From the NCBI GenBank assembly GCA_016845225.1, contig JAERTB010000015.1, forward strand, positions 1 through 13,472: a stretch of DNA of 13,472 nt, in the 5' to 3' direction. The stretch comes from Candidatus Woesearchaeota archaeon (GTDB lineage Archaea > Nanobdellota > Nanobdellia > SCGC-AAA011-G17 > UBA489). The stretch's first letter is position 1. The number at the start of each line of letters is the position of its first letter. The position numbers and the translations under genes were made by a program. Below the pieces are notes generated by a model. That model searched no databases, was not told the origin of the DNA, and was given only the letters and a program-made list of their open reading frames with translations. Positions 1 through 7,854 of the stretch are shown here, piece after piece.

Positions 1-1
1 A

Positions 2-2095
2 ATGTTTTTCATGTTTGCCGCTATGTACTATTATGTTAGGGCGTGGCAAGAAAAGAGATTAAGAACTGCAATGTTCTGCGGATTAACTTCAGGTATTTTA
101 ACTGGATTGATGGGCTTGACCTGGGGAGGAGTTAGTTTACTATTCTTAATCTTTGGATTATTTGTATTAATAGAAGTAGTCTTGGATAAATTTAGTGAAA
201 AAGATTTTTATGTTTATTCTGTTTGGTTGTTTTCTTTATTGTTTATCTTAAAAGTGTTCTTCGGACAAAGATATACGGTATCTACTTTGGCGTTGAGTGT
301 TACTAGCGGATTTATGTTTTTGGCATTTTTAGTTGGTTTGATTAATTTAATTATAAGAAAGAAAAATTTGTTTGGGATTAAAGATAAGATTGAAGGGAAG
401 TTGCCTCTCGGTTTTGCAAGTTTGATTATCTCTGGAGCATTAGGGGTATTTTTTGTTACAATTTTAGAAGGATTTGGAGCAATAGCTGGAAAGGTCTCTT
501 CCTTTATTCGTAACTTGTTGGAACCTTTTGGATTTACTAGATGGAATTTGACTGTTGCAGAAAGCCATCAACCATATGTATTTGATTGGATTTCAAGATG
601 GGGTTGGAGTTATATGTTGCTTATGATCGTGGGTTCAATTATTTTAGTATATAATCTGTTGAAAAAAACTAAACTAAAATGGAAAGGTACGGCATTTTAT
701 ACTTTCTTTATTTTTGCTTTTATTTTTAGTAGATATAAGGCAGATGCAACTTTGAATGGAGTAAATACTCTTTCTAAATCACTTTATGTTGGATCCTTGA
801 TTGCGTTGGGATTGGGCGCCATTTGGACTTATTTTTATGCTTATAGGAAAGATAAAGAATTATATAATTCAATTTTAAATTTTGATAAAAATACTATTTT
901 TGTGATTGTTTGGTTCTTATTATTGACAGTTGCAGCTAGAGGGGCAATTAGACTATTACATATTTATTCACCAGTTACAACGGTATTGGTGGCATATGCA
1001 TTCGTTAAGATATTTGATTATGCAAAGGGTTTAGAAATTAAATGGGCCAAATTTGGAGTTTATGGGATATTATTGATTTTATTATTCTTGCCTGCTGTTC
1101 AGGGAAGTTTAACAAATATGTATACAAGTGCAAATAATCAAGCTAAATATACTGGTCCAAGTTATGGATCACAATGGCAAACTTCTATGAAATGGGTTAG
1201 AGAAAACACTGATGAGGATGCAGTGTTTGCACATTGGTGGGATTATGGTTACTGGGTGCAAACTGGTGGAGAAAGAGCAACACTTACTGATGGTGGAAAT
1301 GCCGGAGGATATGCATTAAATTATTTCATGGGGAGACATGTGATTACTGGTCAAAGTGAAACTGAAGCTTTAGAATTTTTATATGCTAAAAATGCAACAC
1401 ACTTATTGATGGTTAGTGATGAAATTGGAAAATACCCTGCTTTTAGTAGTATTGGTAGTGATGTAGATTATGATAGATATGGGTGGATAACTACTTTCCA
1501 AATGGATAAATCTAGAACTCAAGAAAGAAGAAATGATACTAATTTGTTTTATGCTGGAAGTTATGCATTTGATGAAGACTTTGTTTTTGCAGATACTTTA
1601 TTTGTAAAACAATCTGGAGGAATTGGAGCATTTTTACTTCCTGCAGTTCCTCAAGAAGATGGAACTATGGTGTTAAAACAACCTGAAGCGGTTGTTGTTC
1701 AAAACGGTCAACAATATAGTATTCCTGTCGAATGTATCTTTATTGAAGGTAAAGAAATTGAATTTGAACAACCAGGATTGAAAGGATGTTTGATGATTCT
1801 TCCAAGAGTTAATGGAAATCAAAATGAGCCGTTCGGTGCTGCTATTTGGATTAGTCCTAAGATTAGAAGAACTTTATTTACTCAGTTGTATCTTTATGGG
1901 GTTGAAAGTGAAAACTTCAAACTAGTTTATGATGATTCTGCTCAATTCTTCCCTGAAGGATTAAGTTTGGGAGTATATAATGGAAGATTAATTGGTCCTC
2001 AAAAGATTTGGGAAATGAATTATCCTAAGGGTCTTGAACCTAGTGAATTCTATTATAGTAATGTTTTACCTGATGAAAGAGTTAGAGAATCTTAA
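2..2095 (+). CDS. aglB: Archaeal oligosaccharyltransferase AglB/STT3 (dolichyl-phosphooligosaccharide-protein glycotransferase), 5'-truncated by the window edge
   Basis: The ORF is open to the left edge. A polytopic membrane part is followed by a soluble C-terminal domain. It carries the catalytic signature WWDYGYW (AHWWDYGYWVQTGG). The loop motif TVAESHQP resembles STT3 SVSEHQP / TIXE. A DK-like segment, SDEIGKYPAFSSI, lies roughly 60 aa after WWDYG. Confidence 0.88.
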   Translation: MFFMFAAMYYYVRAWQEKRLRTAMFCGLTSGILTGLMGLTWGGVSLLFLIFGLFVLIEVVLDKFSEKDFYVYSVWLFSLLFILKVFFGQRYTVSTLALSVTSGFMFLAFLVGLINLIIRKKNLFGIKDKIEGKLPLGFASLIISGALGVFFVTILEGFGAIAGKVSSFIRNLLEPFGFTRWNLTVAESHQPYVFDWISRWGWSYMLLMIVGSIILVYNLLKKTKLKWKGTAFYTFFIFAFIFSRYKADATLNGVNTLSKSLYVGSLIALGLGAIWTYFYAYRKDKELYNSILNFDKNTIFVIVWFLLLTVAARGAIRLLHIYSPVTTVLVAYAFVKIFDYAKGLEIKWAKFGVYGILLILLFLPAVQGSLTNMYTSANNQAKYTGPSYGSQWQTSMKWVRENTDEDAVFAHWWDYGYWVQTGGERATLTDGGNAGGYALNYFMGRHVITGQSETEALEFLYAKNATHLLMVSDEIGKYPAFSSIGSDVDYDRYGWITTFQMDKSRTQERRNDTNLFYAGSYAFDEDFVFADTLFVKQSGGIGAFLLPAVPQEDGTMVLKQPEAVVVQNGQQYSIPVECIFIEGKEIEFEQPGLKGCLMILPRVNGNQNEPFGAAIWISPKIRRTLFTQLYLYGVESENFKLVYDDSAQFFPEGLSLGVYNGRLIGPQKIWEMNYPKGLEPSEFYYSNVLPDERVRES

Positions 2096-2523
2096 TTTCT
2101 TCTTTTTATCCAGGCTATTAATGATATTGCTCTTGCGTCTAAATGTTTTTTTCTAAGAAGTAATGTAAAATCTAGTGAAAGATGAAGCATCATTCCTAAG
2201 AAAGTTATTGTGAACATGTAAAATAAGAATTTTTGATTGAAGTAATAAGATGCAATGCTAGATAATATCATAAATAACCAAAATTCCCAAGTGTGAAATA
2301 AATGTAGTAAATCTCTTTCATAGTGTTTATTTTTATGCCTATTAAAGTGATAGTGATAGGATTTCTTCAAAGATAGAGTTTTTAGTTTGAATACTGTCCA
2401 AAGATAGTGATCAAAATCAATTAACCATCCGCCAACTAATGCCCATAATGCATAGAGTCCTAAGTACGGATATAAAATAAAACTTAAAATTAAGGAAGTG
2501 ATAAAGTGTACTGAAACATTCAT
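2092..2523 (-). CDS. Small polytopic membrane protein, probable DUF457/YdjM-like membrane-bound metal-dependent hydrolase
   Basis: 143 aa with about 4 hydrophobic segments. His near the N-terminus (VSVHF) and the WLIDFDHYLW motif resemble the H...PD-x-DH pattern of the YdjM/DUF457 family. The start lies 1 nt after the secD stop (2525-2527), so it is the last gene of the secF-secD operon. Its stop overlaps the aglB stop convergently (2092-2095). The family call is from memory only. Confidence 0.5.
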   Translation of the reverse strand: MNVSVHFITSLILSFILYPYLGLYALWALVGGWLIDFDHYLWTVFKLKTLSLKKSYHYHFNRHKNKHYERDLLHLFHTWEFWLFMILSSIASYYFNQKFLFYMFTITFLGMMLHLSLDFTLLLRKKHLDARAISLIAWIKRRN

Positions 2524-2524
2524 C

Positions 2525-4255
2525 TTAATCTAATACTTTTTCAACTATTGATGCGAATGCTGGCCTTGTAATTAATACTCCAATAGTTACTCCTGCTATT
2601 GTTGTGATTGCGAATTGTTTTAGTAATCCTGCACCTGCAAACATTAGGGGCAACATAGCAACAACCGTTGTTGCATAAGCACTGAAAATGATAAAGAATG
2701 CTCTCTTAATCTTCTCTTTCCAGTTAAGAACTCTAATTCGTTGTTTAAGAACTTCGTCAGCAATGATAATTTGATCATCAATTCCTGTTCCCACTGCTGC
2801 AATAATTCCTGCAATAGCTGCTAGATCTAAGTTCCATTTGAATAACGTTGCAAAACCTAGAATTAATACTACTTCTGATATGCTTGTGAATGCCATAGGC
2901 AATACTATTTTGAATTTTCTGTATCTAATATAAACTACTATTCCTACAACGAATAATGCTAGGAAACCTGCCATAAATGCGTTCTTGATGAAAGCTTTAC
3001 CCATCATTGGACTTATAGTATCCATTTTAACAATATCTAATTTGTGAGGTAATGAACCTGTAATTAACACAGTTTGAAGATTATTCATACCTGCAACTGC
3101 ATCATTATATGCTAATTCTTCTGTTGCCCCATTTCCTGAACCTGAAATTGAAATTTGGGTTGTTTCTTCTCCTTTAAGATCTTCTGAGATTAGTAATGTG
3201 TCTACTAATTTTCCATCTAAGTATAAGTCTAAAGGTTTGGAAAGATATGCATTTGTTCCACTGTAATTGATTTCCAATTTATCTGTTATCTCGGCGTGTT
3301 TTTTAGCAGCATCTGCTGAAAGTGTGATTGCGAATCTAAAGTTACAATAAGCAACTTCTGGAGATTGAGTATTACAAGATTCAATAACTGCACATGAACC
3401 ATCATCTCTACATACATAAGGAATGTCTTTTTTCCCGCCTTCGAATACTGTTTCGTCACCTATTTTTGCTTCGAAAACTCCTTGCTTAGAAATAAGATCT
3501 TTTACTTCTTCTCTTGTTGCTCCTGCGATTTCAATTAATACAAATCTTGTTCCCTCAAGATCTTTTGCTGGCCTTATTTTAATATCTGCTAATCCATAGA
3601 TATTCATACGTTTATTCATAACGTCAATGATGTTGCTGATATCTTCAGAACTTACAGGTTCTTCAGAAATAGGTTTAAGCATTACTCTTGTTCCGCCTTG
3701 TAATTCTAGGCCTTTTTCGATATTGCTTGTTTTTGCTTTTCTTGCAGTTATTCCATGATCTCCCGTAGTTAGGAAAGCATAATCTGCCTTGTTTGTTTTT
3801 AGTATGAATTTGTTTTTAGTAATTAATTTTGAGACTATTCTATTGAATGCTTCTACGTCTTCTACAGCTTCATTGTTTATTTTTAATAATGTCAATCCAT
3901 TTTCTAATGGATTTTCTGAATCTGCTGCAATTATTGTTAAGTTTGAATCTACTTTGAATCCAATTGAAGAAACTATTTCGTATTTGGTAACTCCTGCTGA
4001 AGTTGTGATTGCTACTTCTTGTGGTTCTGGGATTAGTTTATCTGTTTCTATTTTGAAGTTAGATAAATCATTTATTTTAACTCCATTAATTTCTAAGATT
4101 TTTTCTCCAGGTTCTATTCCTTCTGCGAATGCAGGTGAATTTGAATCAACAGATCTGATTTCTACTCCTGTTGAGATTGGAGAAGGATCAATAACTAATA
4201 ATGCTAGGAACAAGAATGCAATTAATACCCAAACTCTTCCGCCTAATTTAGCCAT
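2525..4255 (-). CDS. secD: Protein-export membrane protein SecD (archaeal type) with an N-terminal tandem PDZ-like insertion
   Basis: TM1 is WVLIAFLFLALLVI. The canonical archaeal SecD entry motif GLELQGGTRVMLKP is present, as is a C-terminal multi-TM block with GTGIDDQIIIADE. The ATG at 4255 lies 1 nt after the secF stop and has GGAGG 11 nt upstream. The longer ORF start at 4288 has no SD and would overlap secF by 32 nt. An extra ~150 aa between TM1 and GLELQGG looks PDZ-like. Confidence 0.87.
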   Translation of the reverse strand: MAKLGGRVWVLIAFLFLALLVIDPSPISTGVEIRSVDSNSPAFAEGIEPGEKILEINGVKINDLSNFKIETDKLIPEPQEVAITTSAGVTKYEIVSSIGFKVDSNLTIIAADSENPLENGLTLLKINNEAVEDVEAFNRIVSKLITKNKFILKTNKADYAFLTTGDHGITARKAKTSNIEKGLELQGGTRVMLKPISEEPVSSEDISNIIDVMNKRMNIYGLADIKIRPAKDLEGTRFVLIEIAGATREEVKDLISKQGVFEAKIGDETVFEGGKKDIPYVCRDDGSCAVIESCNTQSPEVAYCNFRFAITLSADAAKKHAEITDKLEINYSGTNAYLSKPLDLYLDGKLVDTLLISEDLKGEETTQISISGSGNGATEELAYNDAVAGMNNLQTVLITGSLPHKLDIVKMDTISPMMGKAFIKNAFMAGFLALFVVGIVVYIRYRKFKIVLPMAFTSISEVVLILGFATLFKWNLDLAAIAGIIAAVGTGIDDQIIIADEVLKQRIRVLNWKEKIKRAFFIIFSAYATTVVAMLPLMFAGAGLLKQFAITTIAGVTIGVLITRPAFASIVEKVLD

Positions 4256-4256
4256 T

Positions 4257-5147
4257 TTAGTTTTTTCCTCCAAGTTGTTTTTCTGCATAATCTGCTAACA
4301 TTGGAGCGTTAAGCATGTAAGTTAAAATGATATCTACTAATAATCCAATTATAATAATCAAGAACATTTGTTTTAGGATTAAAGATGAAGATACGAAGTA
4401 TGCTGCCGAAATAGCTGCAATGGTGGTTATACTCATGGTTAGTCCTGTTTTCATTGAACTAATAACACTCTCAAGAATTGTCCCTTCTCTGTTTTTTAGT
4501 AACCTTGTTGTTAATAATACATCAGTGTCAATTGAATAACCAATTAATAATAATAGTGCTGCGATTCCTGCTGAAGAGATTCTCATGTCTAATATGTTAA
4601 TTATAGACAATGTAATCATTAGATCTCCTAAGGCTACAATAACCACTGCAAATGAAGGTAATAATTTTCTAAATGTAATTAATACCACTAATGACATGAA
4701 TAGGAAAGCAAAGATTAATGCCTTAACCATTTGTTTGTAAAAAGAATCTCCTAATGATGAACCTACAACTTCAATTGAAGAGTTTTCTTCTGTTAATTTT
4801 ATTCCTGTAACTTCTAGAATTCCTTTTTTCATGTCTTCTTCATTAATATCTGGGGTATCAATTACTATCCCGACTTCTTTATCTGTTCCAAACTCTGAAA
4901 GTCCTCTGATTAAAACTTCTGAAAAGTCTTTTTCTAAGGTTGTTGTTAGTAATGCTTTATCTATTTGAACGTCTGTGTAGAGTGTAACAGTCATTCCTCC
5001 ACTCAAAGAAATATCTTTTTGAATTATTTCTCCAGTAGTTATTTGTTGATTAATTAGTAAGATTGCTGAAAATAAGATTAATAGAATAGGTAAAATCATT
5101 AATTTTTTCGGATGATTCTTGAATATCTGTTCTATTTTCTTTTCCAT
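4257..5147 (-). CDS. secF: Protein-export membrane protein SecF (archaeal type)
   Basis: 296 aa. It has an N-terminal TM (LMILPILLILFSAILLI), a small extracytoplasmic domain and a C-terminal TM bundle with GYSIDTDVLLTTR (SecD/F RND-like motif). It sits directly upstream of secD. Confidence 0.87.
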   Translation of the reverse strand: MEKKIEQIFKNHPKKLMILPILLILFSAILLINQQITTGEIIQKDISLSGGMTVTLYTDVQIDKALLTTTLEKDFSEVLIRGLSEFGTDKEVGIVIDTPDINEEDMKKGILEVTGIKLTEENSSIEVVGSSLGDSFYKQMVKALIFAFLFMSLVVLITFRKLLPSFAVVIVALGDLMITLSIINILDMRISSAGIAALLLLIGYSIDTDVLLTTRLLKNREGTILESVISSMKTGLTMSITTIAAISAAYFVSSSLILKQMFLIIIIGLLVDIILTYMLNAPMLADYAEKQLGGKN

Positions 5148-5163
5148 GGTGTGATTTTGATGA

Positions 5164-5177
5164 TTTTATATTAAAAA
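5164..5177 (-). promoter_or_regulatory. TATA-box-like element for the secF operon
   Basis: The minus strand reads TTTTTAATATAAAA, centred about 24 nt upstream of the secF ATG (5147). There is no SD in between, which suggests a leaderless or very short-leader transcript. Confidence 0.4.
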
Positions 5178-5226
5178 CCTTTGGTTCAGACCAAATATCA
5201 TAACTTTTAAATAGTTTTGACTGGCA

Positions 5227-5236
5227 TTTATAAATA
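5227..5236 (+). promoter_or_regulatory. TATA-box-like element (TTTATAAATA) upstream of the surface-protein operon
   Basis: TTTATAAATA lies 30-39 nt upstream of the ATG at 5266. A second candidate, TTTTAAATA, is at 5205-5213. GAGGT (5256-5260) lies 5 nt before the ATG as an SD. The identical 10-mer occurs upstream of the gene at 13068. Confidence 0.35.
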
Positions 5237-5265
5237 GTTGTGAATACGGTAAAAAGAGGTTTAAT

Positions 5266-7854
5266 ATGGTCATAAGATGGTATGAAAAGAAGGGGGTATT
5301 TGGAAGTTTATTATTCTTAATTTTATGTTCATTTATTGTCTTTGGAGCTACTAATTCTGAACCTTCTGAAATTTATTTAGATGGAAATGTTAGTGAACTT
5401 TCTTTTGTTTCTGGAGAGCCAGTTTTATTGGATTTTATTATTAATTTTACCGGACCTATTTCTCCTAATACTTTACTGAATATTTCATTTGATGATGAAA
5501 GTAAATCTAAAAAATTGAAAAGTTTGTTAGATTATCAGGGAATTTTATATGATATTGATGGTGAAAATTATAGATTGTTAAATTCTAATCCTAATGTGGA
5601 TTTGATTTATAATTCTGCAGGGGATCATGTTGTTTATTTAATGGTCGATACGCCTGAAGATGTATTTGAATCTATTTCATTTGGCATAACTGGTTCTGGA
5701 ATGAATCCTTCTTATTCACCGTATTTAGATTTTGGAAATGATGGATTAATTGAGTGGCAATATTTTGGAGGACTTACTAATTATGTTGAGGACTTTAGTT
5801 TACCTGAAGAACTTAATGAAAATGGAAATCCTAGTGAGATTATATTAAAAAATGAAGCAGCCATAGATAGGACTTATTGGTGTGAAGAGATTAAATTACC
5901 CTATACTCGAGATTTGGAAGTTTATGTAGCTATTGAAGATTTGTTGGGATTAAATTTAACTGCAACATTGTTGCAACTTGAAGCTCCTGGATGTACAGAT
6001 TCTACTGGATGTGAAGCTTATGGTGGACAATTTGAATGTGACCTTGAGACTAATTTAGGTACACCTTCTAATTATTATAATTGTTCGATGGACATTGGTT
6101 ATGCTGTGGAAGATAAATATCTTGTTTGCATCTATAATAATGTAGATGGTGATGGTACAATTCATCAAGGAAAATTGAAAGCTGAGATGGGCGGAGATAC
6201 TTCCGCATATACTTGTGAACTTTCTGGTTCTTCGTATGTTTGTAATGATTTTTCTTCTGATGATTTTTTTATTAAAGTTAAAGGGGGAAATTATACTTAT
6301 GAATTAGGAAATTTTTCAGCAGATTTTGGATCAAGTTTAGTTAATAGTTATGCTGCATTTGAAAATAATCTTAATGGTTTAATCGAAGATTGCGTTGAGT
6401 TAAGTGATGGTGGGTGTGCTATTCCTGTAAGGATTGGAAGTTTGAGTCCTGCAGCAATTGCAATTCATAGTTTGGATATGTATTATACTTCTAGTGGGGC
6501 TACAAAATCTAAAACTTCGTTTTATATGACTTTGATTGCAGAAGAAGGCTCGCTTATTGAAATTGGAGATATAGATCTATTAGATTTGAGTGACGGAAGC
6601 AGTTTAAATATGGATACCTCAGGTATGTTTTTTTATGTTCCTCAAGTTGATGAAGAAGATGATTATGAATTCAATATGGGGTTAATGCCTGGGCCTAAAG
6701 TTACATTAGATGCAAGTATTAGCCCTTCAGAGGAATGGAATAATTCATTATATAATGAATCTACGACTGAAGATTTTATTAAAGAATATATCGCTAGTTT
6801 GAATTATCAAACCTCTAATTATGCAGATGTTTTAGAATTCTTAGAATTAAGTAGTACTGTGACTTCTGCACTTAGTGGATTAAATTCTTATTTGAATGAT
6901 TCCTATAATGTTAATTATTCTAATTCAAATGAATCTCAAACTTTTTTAGAAAATTTGACTATTAATTTAGATTCAATTGTGCTGGGTACCCCAAAATCAA
7001 TTGAAGTTGTTGTAGATATTTCAGAACAAATAATTGCTGAACCTCAAGACATCTTGATTGATATGGTTGCAGGTGGAGAAACAGAAAGAGTTAATGCTTA
7101 TCACCATCAAAATGATTTTGTGGTTAATTCTAGGGCAAGACATTTGAAAGTAGAACTTCATGGAGGAGTAATTATTGAAGGTACTTGGATTGAAAAAAAT
7201 ATTGTTGGGACTGGAAATGATTATTATCTTTATGAAACTATTCCTGGAAACTTGTATGTTGATCCAATATATGAACTTTCCTTTAAAGAACCTTTTGAAA
7301 TGCACAGACAAGTTCCAAATTTAGTTTATATGAAAGAGTATAGTTCGTTGAATAATGCTGCTTATTCATATTTTGTTAGGAAGAATATTGCCTTTGATTT
7401 GAGTAGTTTGAAAACAATATTAATACCTCAAACAGGTGTTTCTGAAGTAGAATATGAAACTGTTCCTGTTTGTGGCGATGGCGTATGCAGTGTATTGATT
7501 GTGGATGGAGAAAGAGTTCCATTGGAAGATAAATTATCTTGTCCAGAAGACTGTTCAAAGAAGGTTAATTGGACAGGAATTTTAGTTGCTTTTATGATTG
7601 GATTATTGTTGATTGTTGGAATGGTACTTTATTTTAAATTAACTGGAAGGGATTCTTCGGATTCTAGGTTGAAAAAACAATTTGGAATTTTTAATAATCC
7701 TGGAGATGAATTTAAACTTAAGAAATATGTTTCTGATTCAATCAAAGGAAAGAAAACTAAAGAAACAATTGTTGCAGATTTATTGAAAAGAGGATGGAGT
7801 AAGGAGCAAGTAGATTATGTTTTTAAAAATCTAAATATTGCTAAGAAAAAATGA
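5266..7854 (+). CDS. Large type-I surface-anchored, probably N-glycosylated protein of unknown family
   Basis: 862 aa. The N-terminal signal/anchor is VFGSLLFLILCSFIVFGA. The ~750-aa ectodomain has at least 14 N-x-S/T sequons and scattered Cys. The juxtamembrane motif is CGDGVCSVLIVDGERVPLEDKLSCPEDC. There is a single TM (ILVAFMIGLLLIVGMVLYF) and a basic cytoplasmic tail ending LLKRGWSKEQVDYVFKNL. An SD (GAGGT) precedes the start. I recognised no family. Confidence 0.8.
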   Translation: MVIRWYEKKGVFGSLLFLILCSFIVFGATNSEPSEIYLDGNVSELSFVSGEPVLLDFIINFTGPISPNTLLNISFDDESKSKKLKSLLDYQGILYDIDGENYRLLNSNPNVDLIYNSAGDHVVYLMVDTPEDVFESISFGITGSGMNPSYSPYLDFGNDGLIEWQYFGGLTNYVEDFSLPEELNENGNPSEIILKNEAAIDRTYWCEEIKLPYTRDLEVYVAIEDLLGLNLTATLLQLEAPGCTDSTGCEAYGGQFECDLETNLGTPSNYYNCSMDIGYAVEDKYLVCIYNNVDGDGTIHQGKLKAEMGGDTSAYTCELSGSSYVCNDFSSDDFFIKVKGGNYTYELGNFSADFGSSLVNSYAAFENNLNGLIEDCVELSDGGCAIPVRIGSLSPAAIAIHSLDMYYTSSGATKSKTSFYMTLIAEEGSLIEIGDIDLLDLSDGSSLNMDTSGMFFYVPQVDEEDDYEFNMGLMPGPKVTLDASISPSEEWNNSLYNESTTEDFIKEYIASLNYQTSNYADVLEFLELSSTVTSALSGLNSYLNDSYNVNYSNSNESQTFLENLTINLDSIVLGTPKSIEVVVDISEQIIAEPQDILIDMVAGGETERVNAYHHQNDFVVNSRARHLKVELHGGVIIEGTWIEKNIVGTGNDYYLYETIPGNLYVDPIYELSFKEPFEMHRQVPNLVYMKEYSSLNNAAYSYFVRKNIAFDLSSLKTILIPQTGVSEVEYETVPVCGDGVCSVLIVDGERVPLEDKLSCPEDCSKKVNWTGILVAFMIGLLLIVGMVLYFKLTGRDSSDSRLKKQFGIFNNPGDEFKLKKYVSDSIKGKKTKETIVADLLKRGWSKEQVDYVFKNLNIAKKK

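Noticed and set aside
4256-4288. Longer SecD start (MQKNNLEEKTK...) at 4288
   Set aside because: It would overlap secF by 32 nt and has no SD. The ATG at 4255 is preceded by GGAGG and begins right before the TM1 signal-anchor. The longer start remains an alternative only.
3789-4298. 169-aa plus-strand ORF
   Set aside because: It is entirely antisense to secD, which has strong family motifs. The product is low-complexity and Ser/Ile/Asn-rich with no start context. This is a typical shadow ORF in AT-rich DNA.
4327-4539. 70-aa plus-strand ORF
   Set aside because: It is antisense to the secF TM bundle. It has no SD or TATA and appears to be a shadow ORF.
7021-7558. Two minus-strand ORFs (7021-7311, 96 aa; 7376-7558, 60 aa)
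   Set aside because: Both lie inside and antisense to the 862-aa surface-protein gene. The products are Ile/Asn/Phe-rich nonsense-like sequences with no promoter context.
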